From contig CAXXKA010000006.1 of the NCBI GenBank assembly GCA_963668625.2, positions 1 to 64,000 on the forward strand: a stretch of DNA of 64,000 bases, in the 5' to 3' direction. Below are positions 20,020-30,856 of this stretch, piece after piece. Every line of letters starts with the position of its first letter. The stretch's first letter is position 1. A program made the position numbers and the translations under genes. The notes beneath the pieces were generated by a model. The model ran no database searches. It was not told where the DNA came from and worked only from the letters and a program-made list of their open reading frames with translations. The DNA is from an uncultured candidate division Zixibacteria bacterium. GTDB lineage: Bacteria; Zixibacteria; MSB-5A5; UBA10806; 4484-95.

Positions 20020-21753
20020 ATGAACTCACTGGATGCCGAACTGGTATCGGCTTTAAACGAGGCTGTTGAAAATACAAGCAGGAGCATGAGTGAACATATA
20101 GCGCCTAACCTCGAAATCATACTCGAGAAAAAATCCATTAAGGATTTAAAGCCTAAAAGTCCTCTGGAAATAAACCAGCTCGAAACATGGAAAATGAATC
20201 TTATCGATTTAGGTTATTTAAAACCCGAACATGCCGAGGATGATTACTTCTCGGAGAAAATCGTAAATGCTTACATCCGGTATATCAGGGATGATCCTGC
20301 GCTTGATAATGAATCGCCTGCAGGTGCCAATGACAATCCTACACAAGCTCCTATTTCTGCTACCGAAGCGCCGGGGCCGGTAGAGGATTACCGTATCAAC
20401 GAGCTGATGTCGTTTGACGGCGATAAGCTCGATATCGATCTGCCTGTAGAGGGGCAATCGGGATTGTATACGAGGGTGCTTCACTATAAGCTGAGAGTGC
20501 TGGGATTGTATAACGGGGGAATCGCCGACCCGGTTAATCAAGGTACACTGGCCGCCATAAAGGAAATAAAGCGGTTGTTACCGGATGAAGATGCCGAGAA
20601 GAAGCTGTTCGATATTATTGGCGATGCTCGGATGATGTCGAGTCTGTTTTTAGGACGAAAAGATTTCATTCCCCTGATCATCCATTCCTGTGGCGAGATA
20701 GTAAAAGCCGAGACAGATTTAAAAGATATTGCTATAATTGATGGGAAATTTCTGAAAGAACATCACGAATGGCATTATCTTTTACGATCCGATAAGGATT
20801 TCTATGAACATGTCAAACGTACCATGAGATCGCTTGTAGCTCCGGCGAGACTAATGCAACAATCTCTAAACCTCTTCGGTATTCAACTGATTCAGCTTCG
20901 CCTGTGGATGCATGGTTTTTATGACGGCAATGTCGATGGTTGGTGGGGGCCCCTTAGCTATCGAGCATTATTGAAGGCGTTCGAATTCGCAAAGATTAAC
21001 CGTAAGGATGCCATGAGAAGCCTGGGCGGAGGTTACTGGGCATTGAATCCGTATTACCTGGAGGAGGCTTTATTCGGTGTACTGGAAAGAGCCGATATCA
21101 GCCTCGAAGCATGCCAGGAGGGTATAATAAATGAATCGATTTATCTTAAAGATAATCATACGGAGAAAAAAGCGGGAGGAATAACAGCGGTATTTTCGAA
21201 AATTGGCAAAGGCATTCTAAAATGTATTAACGATGCAATTGCCGTGGGCAAGAAAATATATAGCGGCGTTAAAACGCTCGTAAAATCGGCTGCCTCGGCT
21301 ATTGCAAATGGTTATAACTGGATGAAAGGAAAACTGGAGGAACTGGCCGCGCCTGTCGTGAATTTCATCCGGGCGTTTTATTTCAAGGCCCGGGATGGTA
21401 TAAAGATGGCGTTCGAAGGCATGAAAAGGTTCGTTCATTTCATACTGGGGAAGCCTATTGTCACGAGCGATGAGCAAGCTGTGGTTTTAACGAAGTTAGC
21501 AATAGATTGCGATTCGCACGCATTCGTTTCCTCGAATGCGAAACCGGCGCTGGTGAAGAAGCACATTGCCCACTGTCGGGAGCTTCGTGCGAATTTAGCA
21601 TTATTCCTCAAAATTACAGGTAGAGTGCTGGGCTTAGCGATCGATTTTGCATCAGGACGATTATGGGTGAGTGCAGCTTATAAAATCGGCGTTATTGTAT
21701 TTAACGCGCTAAAAGGAATAACGGTTAAACCATTGTATGCTCTTGCAGGCTAA
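20020..21753 (+). CDS. Hypothetical protein with degenerate peptidoglycan-binding repeats and amphipathic C-terminus
   Basis: LIDLGYL, LRVLGLYNGGIADP and LWMHGFYDGNVDGWWGPLS PG-binding-like segments. Confidence 0.7.
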   Translation: MNSLDAELVSALNEAVENTSRSMSEHIAPNLEIILEKKSIKDLKPKSPLEINQLETWKMNLIDLGYLKPEHAEDDYFSEKIVNAYIRYIRDDPALDNESPAGANDNPTQAPISATEAPGPVEDYRINELMSFDGDKLDIDLPVEGQSGLYTRVLHYKLRVLGLYNGGIADPVNQGTLAAIKEIKRLLPDEDAEKKLFDIIGDARMMSSLFLGRKDFIPLIIHSCGEIVKAETDLKDIAIIDGKFLKEHHEWHYLLRSDKDFYEHVKRTMRSLVAPARLMQQSLNLFGIQLIQLRLWMHGFYDGNVDGWWGPLSYRALLKAFEFAKINRKDAMRSLGGGYWALNPYYLEEALFGVLERADISLEACQEGIINESIYLKDNHTEKKAGGITAVFSKIGKGILKCINDAIAVGKKIYSGVKTLVKSAASAIANGYNWMKGKLEELAAPVVNFIRAFYFKARDGIKMAFEGMKRFVHFILGKPIVTSDEQAVVLTKLAIDCDSHAFVSSNAKPALVKKHIAHCRELRANLALFLKITGRVLGLAIDFASGRLWVSAAYKIGVIVFNALKGITVKPLYALAG

Positions 21754-21754
21754 A

Positions 21755-22828
21755 TCACTCCCCGATATACTCGTGAAGAGTTTCCTGCCAAAAATCGGAA
21801 TGAATGATTTCTAACATAGCCCGGTTGAGGGGCTCGCGCAATTGACTTCCATTGGGTAAACCGATACCGTAATCCTGGCTTTCGAAAGTGCTTGGCAAAA
21901 CCCGAAGATTACCTTTGATTTTAGTTTTTACGAGATATTTAAGAATTGGCTCGTCATAAACCATGGCCTCTATCTCGCCGTCCTTAACAGCTTGCAGGCC
22001 CTCCTGCGCGGTAGTATAGCCGATAAACGCTATCCGCTTGCTTTTCAGATATTGGGCTGCGGTTGAATTCGCGACCGTACCGACCCGGACATTCGGTAAA
22101 TCCTCGGGGCCGTTTACCGGAGATTCGAGTTGCGATACGGTCAGTACCGAGGTTATGGTAGCTGTGAAACTCGATATGATTATGATAGCGGCAAACATCC
22201 AGACTAAACCGATTAACCGTCCTCCCAGAGTACGCGGAGACTTATCACCATAACCGACGGTTGTCATTGTTACCGCCGACCACCAGAAACTGTTGGCCAC
22301 ACCGCTTAAGAAACCGCCGCCGAATTGTTCATCATTATGTTTGTGTTCGAATATCCAAACCAGAAATCCTATAGCGAAGAGCAAGCCGATCAGCGCCAGT
22401 ATTACTTTCAAAAACTGAAGCGATAGCACTTTCGATAAAGCTTTGAATAAGCTTCCCTCTCCTTTAATAATCGTTGCTATACTCAAACCGGTGTTGTAAA
22501 AGGGATGCGTGAAATCGAAATTCGTTTCGCGCTCGGCGGTGATAGTCAGGGCGGCCGCGGCGGCATCGAGCGAACGATTCGCTAAACCCTCTACCAGCCC
22601 CTTTAAGTCTCGCTCCTCTAACCTGTATTGCAGATCGAGATCATCCGCCAGTTTGCGCCACATATCTATCGTGATGCCGCTCCAGGAGCCATCACCGTTT
22701 TTAATCGCGAAGGGCGGCGCGTGTTTGGTACCGACAACCAGTGTCGAGTCAGGATTTGCGTATAGCGGTTGATGAGCCGATAGAAGAATGAGCAACACTA
22801 TTGAAATTAACGGAAGTATCTTTTTCAT
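21755..22828 (-). CDS. GluR0-like ligand-gated K+ channel (split substrate-binding domain plus pore)
   Basis: Signal peptide, SBP_bac_3 halves flanking TM-FWWSAVTMTTVGYGD-TM. Confidence 0.9.
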   Translation of the reverse strand: MKKILPLISIVLLILLSAHQPLYANPDSTLVVGTKHAPPFAIKNGDGSWSGITIDMWRKLADDLDLQYRLEERDLKGLVEGLANRSLDAAAAALTITAERETNFDFTHPFYNTGLSIATIIKGEGSLFKALSKVLSLQFLKVILALIGLLFAIGFLVWIFEHKHNDEQFGGGFLSGVANSFWWSAVTMTTVGYGDKSPRTLGGRLIGLVWMFAAIIIISSFTATITSVLTVSQLESPVNGPEDLPNVRVGTVANSTAAQYLKSKRIAFIGYTTAQEGLQAVKDGEIEAMVYDEPILKYLVKTKIKGNLRVLPSTFESQDYGIGLPNGSQLREPLNRAMLEIIHSDFWQETLHEYIGE

Positions 22829-22843
22829 TCAAACCCTCCTTAA

Positions 22844-24310
22844 TTACATTATACGGCGTTTACCGAACAATTCCACGACCAGCAGGGCGAATACGTAGAT
22901 GCCTATGGCAGCCTCGATGCCGACGAATACCCTCGACCATCTGACAGGCCGGAACTCGACATGCTCGAACCTGAACAATTCCAGCCATTGACGGGGTTTG
23001 ACCGCGCCATAGCCGAATGTCGCGAAAGAAAGTATACTGAAATACAGGCAGTCCAGCAGCAACTTGCCTTTGTTCCATGGTAATAGATCCTCGCGAATGA
23101 CGCCGCTGTACTGGGTGGCCGTAAGCCCTGAGCTTGACCATTTGAAATTTTTAGCGGTTATCGTTTGAAGGGCGTAGAAAATACCGAACAAGAAAATAAC
23201 CGCGACAGAATAAAACATCAGCCATTCGGGATTGGTACCATAACCGTATGGCCATTTCAAAAACAGAAGCCTCAAAAACCCAAGTCCCTTGTTAGTTATC
23301 AGCATCCGAGCCGTTCGTACCTCGTTTTCCCGGTAATGGAATTCACTGGCCGTCTCGGTCATCAGCTCTTTGCTGTACAGGGTTTTTAACTCCAGGTAAA
23401 TCAGTTCGACGTTGCGGTAATCCTCCTCGGTTATCAGGTATTGCTCCTCGCCGATGACGTACCTCTGGTTGAATTCATCCCCCCATATAATATACCTGAG
23501 ATTAGCCGCCTGACCGATTTTGGTATTCCACACGAACGTAGAATCGAATCTGGCTTCCTCCAGGTCGGTCGACTGTATATTGGCGCCTACCAGGCTGGCT
23601 TTTTTCAGGTCCGCGCGCGCCAGGCTCGCGTTTTTCAAATTAGCGTTATACAGGCTGGCCTCGATGAAAGAGGTTTCCTCCATAGAGGAATTCCGAAGAT
23701 CGGCCTCGGAAAGATTGGCTTTTTCCAGATTGCAGTTGACTACGAATGAGTTTTTCAGGTTGATACTTTCGAGGCTGCCGTTTACCAGTATGGTGCTATC
23801 GAGCGTGGAGCATTCCATGTTTGCCCCGGTCAGGAAACAATAGGAGAGATCGCAATTGGCGATGAATATATTCTGGAGATGTGATTCCTCGAGATTGGCC
23901 CCCTCGAGGTTGCAGGAGATCAAATGCGCTCCCTCCAGATGAACGTATGCCAGTCCGGCATATTTGAGATCCAGATTTTGCAGAGTAATGCCGCGAAGAT
24001 CATATCTAAGATAGTCGAATTCCTCATCGATATCGAAGCCGAACTCTTTCAGGTTTTCCTTTTTCTGAAATTCCTCGGGAGTAAGTTGAAGTCTGTTGAC
24101 GAAAAGAGGCAGCGGTCGACTCTCCTGAATCGCTGTTATAACCTGTTCTACCAGGTCATCGGTCCACCTGTTACGAAGACTGTCTTTTTGCTCGTTACTG
24201 TATTCTGTCCAGGGCATGAATTCTTGTAGAACGATATCATCGTATCCCGCATAGGCGAATTCTGAAAAATGTATGAGTGATATGAAAATCAGGCAAATTC
24301 GCTTAAGCAT
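22844..24310 (-). CDS. Pentapeptide-repeat protein with C-terminal ion-channel-like membrane domain
   Basis: ANLEE/ADLRN/ASLYN/ANLKN repeats; YFSILSFATFGYG pore-like motif between TM helices. Confidence 0.85.
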   Translation of the reverse strand: MLKRICLIFISLIHFSEFAYAGYDDIVLQEFMPWTEYSNEQKDSLRNRWTDDLVEQVITAIQESRPLPLFVNRLQLTPEEFQKKENLKEFGFDIDEEFDYLRYDLRGITLQNLDLKYAGLAYVHLEGAHLISCNLEGANLEESHLQNIFIANCDLSYCFLTGANMECSTLDSTILVNGSLESINLKNSFVVNCNLEKANLSEADLRNSSMEETSFIEASLYNANLKNASLARADLKKASLVGANIQSTDLEEARFDSTFVWNTKIGQAANLRYIIWGDEFNQRYVIGEEQYLITEEDYRNVELIYLELKTLYSKELMTETASEFHYRENEVRTARMLITNKGLGFLRLLFLKWPYGYGTNPEWLMFYSVAVIFLFGIFYALQTITAKNFKWSSSGLTATQYSGVIREDLLPWNKGKLLLDCLYFSILSFATFGYGAVKPRQWLELFRFEHVEFRPVRWSRVFVGIEAAIGIYVFALLVVELFGKRRIM

Positions 24311-24358
24311 AAGCCACCCGTTTTAAATACATTATCGATACAGTGAAACGAAACACCG

Positions 24359-25021
24359 CTATCTTAGTGAATCGATAGCCTTCTCGTAATCTTTAGCATG
24401 AAAAACAAAACTACCTGCCACCAGGATATCCGCGCCCGCCTCGACACATTGTTTGCCCGTTGATTCGTTTATACCGCCGTCAACCTCTATTACGCAATCG
24501 TATTCGTAATCATCGATTATATCCCTGACCGCGTTGATTTTCGATAAGGTTTGCTCGATAAATTTCTGTCCACCGAAACCCGGATTAACGCTCATCAACA
24601 AGACCATATCGAGATCACAGATGATCGGGTCTAGAAGAAACGGCGGATTATGCGGGTTAAGACTTACACCTGCTTTTACGTTAAGGTCTTTAATCGCTTG
24701 TATCGTTCCATGCAGATGGTTCGAGGCCTCAAGGTGCACGGTTATATAGTCAGCGCCAGATTCCGCGAACTGCTTCAAATATCGCTCTGGATTTTCGATC
24801 ATCAGGTGAACATCGAAAGGCAGCTTGGTAACTTTGCGCAGAGCTTTTACGATTATAGGGCCGAAAGTGATATTAGGTACGAAATGACCATCCATGACAT
24901 CGAGGTGAATCAAATCAGCCCCGGCTTTCTCGGCTTTTTTCACATCCTCGGCAAGGTTGGCGAAATCCGCCGATAATATAGATGGCGCTACGAGGACTTT
25001 ATTTCTTTTCCCTTTGATCAT
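24359..25021 (-). CDS. rpe: Ribulose-phosphate 3-epimerase
   Basis: APSILSADF, HLDVMDGHFVPN, MSVNPGFGGQ, EVDGG; likely start at 25021. Confidence 0.97.
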   Translation of the reverse strand: MIKGKRNKVLVAPSILSADFANLAEDVKKAEKAGADLIHLDVMDGHFVPNITFGPIIVKALRKVTKLPFDVHLMIENPERYLKQFAESGADYITVHLEASNHLHGTIQAIKDLNVKAGVSLNPHNPPFLLDPIICDLDMVLLMSVNPGFGGQKFIEQTLSKINAVRDIIDDYEYDCVIEVDGGINESTGKQCVEAGADILVAGSFVFHAKDYEKAIDSLR

Positions 25022-25023
25022 AG

Positions 25024-25776
25024 TTACTCCAATTGCGAGATTGTCAGGTTCACTATCGACCATTTCGAAACCTCCGTGCCTGGCGGCACAGATTGATAGA
25101 GTATGGTCTCGGGAAGCATTCTGTCATCTACCTTATAGCTAATATCACCAATGATAAGATAATGCTCCTCGGCAAGCTGTTCGGCCTCGGAATAATCAAG
25201 CCCGACAAAATCGGGAACCGCGATTTTAATATCCGTCTGCTTACGATTGACCACGAGTTGCACCTCGGCGTTCAATTTCATGACCGTACCGTTTTCCGGC
25301 CGCGATTCTATGATAACGCCGTCGGGTAATACATCATCAGTGTACCATAGAAGATCTCCCATGACAAGACCTTCCTGTTCGAGCATGAGTTTAGCCTCCC
25401 TGAGACTAACGCCGCGCAGCTTTGGTACTGTGGCCGAGGCCGCTCCCTTGGAGATCGTAACCCTTATTTTCATGCCACGCTTGACCATCGCGCCCGATTC
25501 CGGTAACTGGGCTATCACCGTGCCTTTAGGATTGTCGGCGTTGTACTCCTCCAGCGCCACGGTAATATCGAGATCGGATTCCTCGAGCTTTATCATGGCC
25601 GCCTGCTGTGACATCAAAGTAATATCGGGTACCTGTACCTCGTCACCGTGACGGACGATAATCGGCATTACGATTCTGTCTAAAACCACGGCTATTATAA
25701 TCAACGTGAGGGAGCAAATAACCAGCATCAGTAGCAGTTGTTTCCACTTTTCTTGAACTAACTCCAGAATTTTCAT
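25024..25776 (-). CDS. PASTA domain-containing membrane protein
   Basis: N-terminal TM followed by three VPD/VPK-starting PASTA repeats. Confidence 0.92.
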   Translation of the reverse strand: MKILELVQEKWKQLLLMLVICSLTLIIIAVVLDRIVMPIIVRHGDEVQVPDITLMSQQAAMIKLEESDLDITVALEEYNADNPKGTVIAQLPESGAMVKRGMKIRVTISKGAASATVPKLRGVSLREAKLMLEQEGLVMGDLLWYTDDVLPDGVIIESRPENGTVMKLNAEVQLVVNRKQTDIKIAVPDFVGLDYSEAEQLAEEHYLIIGDISYKVDDRMLPETILYQSVPPGTEVSKWSIVNLTISQLE

Positions 25777-25778
25777 AT

Positions 25779-27104
25779 CTATTTCCTCGACCTTCTTTCT
25801 ATAACCGCCACGAATGCTCCATCGGAATGATGCTTTACCGGAGAAACCGAGTACAATCCCGGCTCTATCTCGAATTCGTTTAAAACATCAACACCTTTAA
25901 GTTTATAATCGGGGTTTTGTTTCATAAATTTACCGATGATCTCCGTGTTCTCCTCCGGTTCCAGGCTGCAAGTTGAATAAACCATAACTCCGCCATCAGC
26001 CAGCAAGGCGGCTGCCCCCACGATCAACTCACTTTGATTGGCGGCCAACCTGCTGATATCATCAGGCTGAAGTTTCCATCGTAAATCAGGGTTTCGCCTC
26101 ATCGTTCCGGTACCGCTACATGGCACATCAGCTAAAATATATTTAAAATTCCTCGAGCCTGCAAATTTTAATGCGTCAGAACAGATTAAAAGTACGTTAT
26201 CCAGTTGCCAGCGTTTTATATTCGAGGCTGCCAGTTTTAGCCTGTTCAAGCTGTTATCCGAGGCGATGACCGTGCCTTCAGTGTCAACCGCTGCCGCCAG
26301 GCTGGCCGATTTACCACCGGGAGCTGCGAATAAATCGAGTACTGTTTCTCCCCGTGATGGATTCAATGCCCGGGGTGATAAGCTCTGCGCCGGATCGGCG
26401 ATTATAATGTGACCATCTTTGAAGATATCTGATTTTATTAGTTGTGCCGGCTGCGAACACTCGTAATACTTCTTAAAGACTCTGTTTTCGCGAATGTCAA
26501 TTCCTTGCTTGCCGAGTTTTTCGATTACATCCGAGTGATTATCTAGAGGGCCATTAATATGGAACCATAACTCCGGCGGCTTATTGCACCAGTCCAGGAG
26601 TTCTTCTGCATGCTCGTTTCCGTATCTATCGATATATCGTTTAACCAGCCAATCCGGATATGAATGCTTTATACCCAGGTACTCGACAGGATTGGCATCG
26701 AGTTCGGGTAATTTTACCTGACCGGGATCGCGGAGGTAATTTCTCAGCACCGCATTGATGAATCCCGCTTGTTTCTTCACGCAATGTTTCCGTGCCAGCT
26801 CGACCGCCTCCGATACGACCGCGTATTCCGGGATATTGCCAGCGTGTATGAATTGATAAAATGCAGTACGTAAAATCTGTTGAAGCTTGCGATCCAGTTT
26901 CTTCGCTTTTTGAAAATGAGAGATATAGAAATCCAACTGCCGCCTGTATTTTATCGAACCGAAGAACAATTCGCGGGCAAAACCATCATCCTCGGGTTTA
27001 ACATCGGAGGGGAGATAATGTTCTATTATCCTGTGGGGATCGCGTTTACTGAGCGCCCATGTCAACAACGATTTGAATGCTATTTCCCTGGAGATCGATA
27101 TCAT
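25779..27104 (-). CDS. rsmB: 16S rRNA m5C967 methyltransferase
   Basis: NusB-like N-terminus, AAPGGKS, DVPCSGTG, YSTCS. Confidence 0.93.
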   Translation of the reverse strand: MISISREIAFKSLLTWALSKRDPHRIIEHYLPSDVKPEDDGFARELFFGSIKYRRQLDFYISHFQKAKKLDRKLQQILRTAFYQFIHAGNIPEYAVVSEAVELARKHCVKKQAGFINAVLRNYLRDPGQVKLPELDANPVEYLGIKHSYPDWLVKRYIDRYGNEHAEELLDWCNKPPELWFHINGPLDNHSDVIEKLGKQGIDIRENRVFKKYYECSQPAQLIKSDIFKDGHIIIADPAQSLSPRALNPSRGETVLDLFAAPGGKSASLAAAVDTEGTVIASDNSLNRLKLAASNIKRWQLDNVLLICSDALKFAGSRNFKYILADVPCSGTGTMRRNPDLRWKLQPDDISRLAANQSELIVGAAALLADGGVMVYSTCSLEPEENTEIIGKFMKQNPDYKLKGVDVLNEFEIEPGLYSVSPVKHHSDGAFVAVIERRSRK

Positions 27105-27105
27105 C

Positions 27106-29646
27106 TTACACCAGGTCGAACGGTTCGGCTTTGCGTACTCCCTGCAGGAAATACTGACCGGCGCGATGGTAAACCAGTTTCATCGATTCCTCGGGAGACA
27201 GCCCCAGACCGAACACTATAATCTCACCCGGGCGCACGTAACCATCGGGAGTGACGCCCAGAAGCATCTCGATAACGCCATCGCTATAAGATAAATCATG
27301 CAGAAGATGTCCGACCTCTATCTGTTTTTCCTGCTCTTTTTTCACACGGGTAACGGTTATCTCTCTGGATGAAAGTAAATTTTCGATCTTGCTCTCTATC
27401 TCCGGTATCCCGGAGTTAATCTTTATTCGATACTGCGCGCAATTTATCGATTTGCTGAGCGATTCCACTTTAGAATACACCAGTTTTGAACCGTTAATAG
27501 TTACACCCTTCGGCAGGCAGTCATTTAATTTCTGGAGATGCCATTTCTCGAACGATGTATCGAGCTGTATATCGAGATATTCGGCCTCGGATGAGAATCC
27601 CAGCGGTAATGGCGGCCCGAACGCTAATTTCATATGGGGGTGATACCCCTGCGAGTAGCTCACCGGCAGCCCGGCGCGCCTGATCGCCCGGTTGAACATT
27701 CGGATCATATCCAGATGAGAATAGAAACGTATACTCTCATCCCGGCCGTATCTCATCCTGATTCTGGATTTGGTAGGAATGGCTGATTGAATAATTTTCT
27801 TCTTGGTAGATCGACCATATTCCATTCCATCACCCTGAACGCCGCTTTTCTTGAGATCAGCTCCTGGAGGTAACTCCCCGGCCAATGACCTGTCTCTCTC
27901 AGCGAGAAGGAACTTCCTGGATATACCTTTATCGATATGCTCCCAGGGTAGCGGGTTGTGCAGGAATTTCACTTCAAGTAAATCCTCTAAGTCGAATCCG
28001 CAATCGCTGAAAGCTTTGCACCATCTCTCATAATCGAAATATTCCGACCAACCATCCAGACGAGTGCCGTATTGATATGCTTTTTCCACCACTTCGGCAA
28101 ATCGCCTGTCACCGCGACCGAGTATGCCCTCTATTTCGGAAAGCTTCGGGTTGTGAAGTTTCAGGTTCACGTTACGGTTGCGAACATGATCGGCTATCAT
28201 GTCAAATGCCTCGAATACCTTCTCATGGCTTAGTTGATGTTCCCATTGCCATGGGGTACCTGGTTTGGGACAAAATGGTGATATAGTGACATTGATATTT
28301 TTCTTGCCGCCTTTAGAGCGAGCGATACGCGAAGCCTCTTTTATACTGTTGATAATTCCATAGATATCTTCCTCGGTCTCACCGGGAATGCCGATCATGA
28401 AATATAGCTTGACCAGTGTCCAGTCATTATCGAAAGCTTTGCGGATGCCGTCATATATCTCCTCGGCGGTGATATTCTTACCCATCACGTTGCGCATTCT
28501 CTGTGTTCCACCCTCAGGAGCGAACGTGATACCTGATTTGCGCTGGTGTTTCAGATGGTTCAGCATCGTTGTTGATAACGAACCGGGGCGCAGCGAGGGT
28601 AGCGACAGGGAGATATGGTTCTGCCTCATGAACGGCATCATTGCAGTTATCGCTTTCTCCAGTTCGGGGTAGTCGGTGGAGGAAAGCGACAGCAGCGTAA
28701 CATCATCGAAACCGGTTGCCCAGTAACCGGCCTGTATCTGGGCGTAGATATCCTCCTGCTTGCGCGGCCGCTGAGGGCGGTACTGGTAGCCTGCCTGACA
28801 GAATCGGCAACCGTTAACACAGCCTCGCATTATCTCCACCGCCAGGCGGTCATGGGTCGTCTCGATAAACGGCACGATCGGTTTCGAGGGGTAGTAGTCA
28901 CGTTTAAGCTCCATGCAGGAGCGCACTTTTACCGTCTCGGGGATATCCTCGGCAACCGGCGTGATCGATTTGAACAAACCGTTTTCGTATCCAGGCTCGT
29001 AAAGCGAGGGAACGTAAACGCCTTTGAGATTTGCCAGTTCTTTTAACGCCTTCTCTCTAGGTTGTTCTCTATGTTCTTTTATTATATCGATAATTTCAGT
29101 GACAAGCTCTTCGCCATCCCCGATCACCATGGCATCGAAAAAATCCGCCACCGGTTCGGGGTTGATAATAGCCGGACCGCCACCGATTATCAACGGATAG
29201 GATTCGTCGCGATCTTTTGCTCTAAATGGTACGCCCGCCAGATCGAGCAGGCTTAGCACACCGGGCGCATGCATCTCGTAGGTGACAGAGATACCGATGA
29301 TATCGAATTGGGCAAGCGGCGTGCAAGTCTCCAGTGAAAACAGCGGAACCTCGTTTTCCCGCATCAGCTTTTCCATGTCCGGCCAAACCTGGAAGGCGCG
29401 CTCGGCCACACAATCCGATCGCTTGTTTATGATATTATACAATATATGCATTCCCAGGTAACTCATCCCGATCTCGTAAATGTCGGGGAAGGTGAGCGCT
29501 ATTTTCAATTTCCCTGAATGGTCTTTAACAACCGAGTTTAATTCATTACCGACATACCGTCCCGGTTTTATAGCAAACGGTAGAAGGTCTTTCTCGATTT
29601 TTCTCCAGAGCGGATTTTTATGGGCAAAGCTGCTATTTTCGATCAA
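27106..29646 (-). CDS. TIGR03960-type B12-binding radical SAM protein fused to TIGR03936-type domain
   Basis: KPGRYVGNE, RGCVNGCRFCQAG (CxxxCxxC), C-terminal SHLD...GYHPH. Confidence 0.9.
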   Translation of the reverse strand: MIENSSFAHKNPLWRKIEKDLLPFAIKPGRYVGNELNSVVKDHSGKLKIALTFPDIYEIGMSYLGMHILYNIINKRSDCVAERAFQVWPDMEKLMRENEVPLFSLETCTPLAQFDIIGISVTYEMHAPGVLSLLDLAGVPFRAKDRDESYPLIIGGGPAIINPEPVADFFDAMVIGDGEELVTEIIDIIKEHREQPREKALKELANLKGVYVPSLYEPGYENGLFKSITPVAEDIPETVKVRSCMELKRDYYPSKPIVPFIETTHDRLAVEIMRGCVNGCRFCQAGYQYRPQRPRKQEDIYAQIQAGYWATGFDDVTLLSLSSTDYPELEKAITAMMPFMRQNHISLSLPSLRPGSLSTTMLNHLKHQRKSGITFAPEGGTQRMRNVMGKNITAEEIYDGIRKAFDNDWTLVKLYFMIGIPGETEEDIYGIINSIKEASRIARSKGGKKNINVTISPFCPKPGTPWQWEHQLSHEKVFEAFDMIADHVRNRNVNLKLHNPKLSEIEGILGRGDRRFAEVVEKAYQYGTRLDGWSEYFDYERWCKAFSDCGFDLEDLLEVKFLHNPLPWEHIDKGISRKFLLAERDRSLAGELPPGADLKKSGVQGDGMEYGRSTKKKIIQSAIPTKSRIRMRYGRDESIRFYSHLDMIRMFNRAIRRAGLPVSYSQGYHPHMKLAFGPPLPLGFSSEAEYLDIQLDTSFEKWHLQKLNDCLPKGVTINGSKLVYSKVESLSKSINCAQYRIKINSGIPEIESKIENLLSSREITVTRVKKEQEKQIEVGHLLHDLSYSDGVIEMLLGVTPDGYVRPGEIIVFGLGLSPEESMKLVYHRAGQYFLQGVRKAEPFDLV

Positions 29647-29743
29647 ATCGTTCCTCCTGTCAACGCGGCAAGATAGGGATTGAATAAATGAGTGTCAAAC
29701 GGAATTAGTATAATATGGATTTAGGATTTATTGTTTTAATATG

Positions 29744-30592
29744 CTAGTCCCAGCCACGTTTGTTCGCCCGATAGACGGCATCCCCGAAATTACGCATATA
29801 AGCCATCTCGTCCTCGGTTAATGGCCCTTTTGATATCGCCAGTATATTATCCTGTAACTGCCGGGGATTGGCCGGCGCGGTCAGGGTAAGATCGACATTC
29901 GGATTGGATAGCACGAACCGGTAAGCCATGCCGGCTGTGGGTATTTCCCCATCTACCTGCCAATCGCGCGGGCGTTTCATCATCTGACGCCACCGGGTGG
30001 CGGTATAACTCACAAGCCCGGGATTATGCTTTTTGAGATAGGGAAAGATATCGGTTTCTGCCCCGCGATGGGCAGCATTGTAGCGAATCATTAGTATGTC
30101 AATCGCTCCCTCATCGGCTAACTTGCCTGCCAGCTTGCGATTGTGTGTCGATATACCCGAGAATCTTATTTTACCCTCAGTTTTGAGGCGATCGAGTTGT
30201 CGCAGCATATCTTCACCTATATCAGCCTGAGATTTTATACCTAAAACATATAGGATATCGAGGCAGTCGATTTTCAACTGTTTCAAGCGACGTTCGGCTA
30301 CTTTGATTAAATTAGGTTTCCACCAGGGGAATTTATATGCCCCCGAGGCTAACACCAGCTTATCCCGCCTGCCTTCCAGCGATTGTTTCAGCGCTTTGAT
30401 CATGTGGCTGTCGAAATTGTAGTAAAATATATAATTGATGCCCTTATCGAGAGCCTCGTTGATTGCTTGTACTCCGGGGCGATATACCGCTGAAAGGCCG
30501 AGCCGGAAAACGTTAAGGCCGGTGTTTCCAAGAGTTGTATGCGTAAATGAATTTTCCATACGATTATTATCACTACTGTCCGGCCTTTCCAT
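29744..30592 (-). CDS. Aldo/keto reductase
   Basis: LGNTGLNVFRLGL, GKIRFSGISTH, RYNAAH; start may be the internal MENSF. Confidence 0.85.
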   Translation of the reverse strand: MERPDSSDNNRMENSFTHTTLGNTGLNVFRLGLSAVYRPGVQAINEALDKGINYIFYYNFDSHMIKALKQSLEGRRDKLVLASGAYKFPWWKPNLIKVAERRLKQLKIDCLDILYVLGIKSQADIGEDMLRQLDRLKTEGKIRFSGISTHNRKLAGKLADEGAIDILMIRYNAAHRGAETDIFPYLKKHNPGLVSYTATRWRQMMKRPRDWQVDGEIPTAGMAYRFVLSNPNVDLTLTAPANPRQLQDNILAISKGPLTEDEMAYMRNFGDAVYRANKRGWD

Positions 30593-30856
30593 CTCGTTGC
30601 GAAGCGCTGCTTCGCAACGTGGCTTGTTTGCCGGCAGAATGCTTATTCTACATGACTCAAGAAGGTTTCCAAGCAGCGCTTGGAAACCAGGAAACTAAGC
30701 CTGACATCGACAGGACATATCAGAATGTATGATACGGTGAATGTTTAATTACATCGAAAAATATCTTTAGCTAACAATTCTAAGGAAAAATTTAAAATTT
30801 ATCGAAAAACACCGGACACTAGTGGATTATTATATTAATTAAAGGTAGTTATGTAA

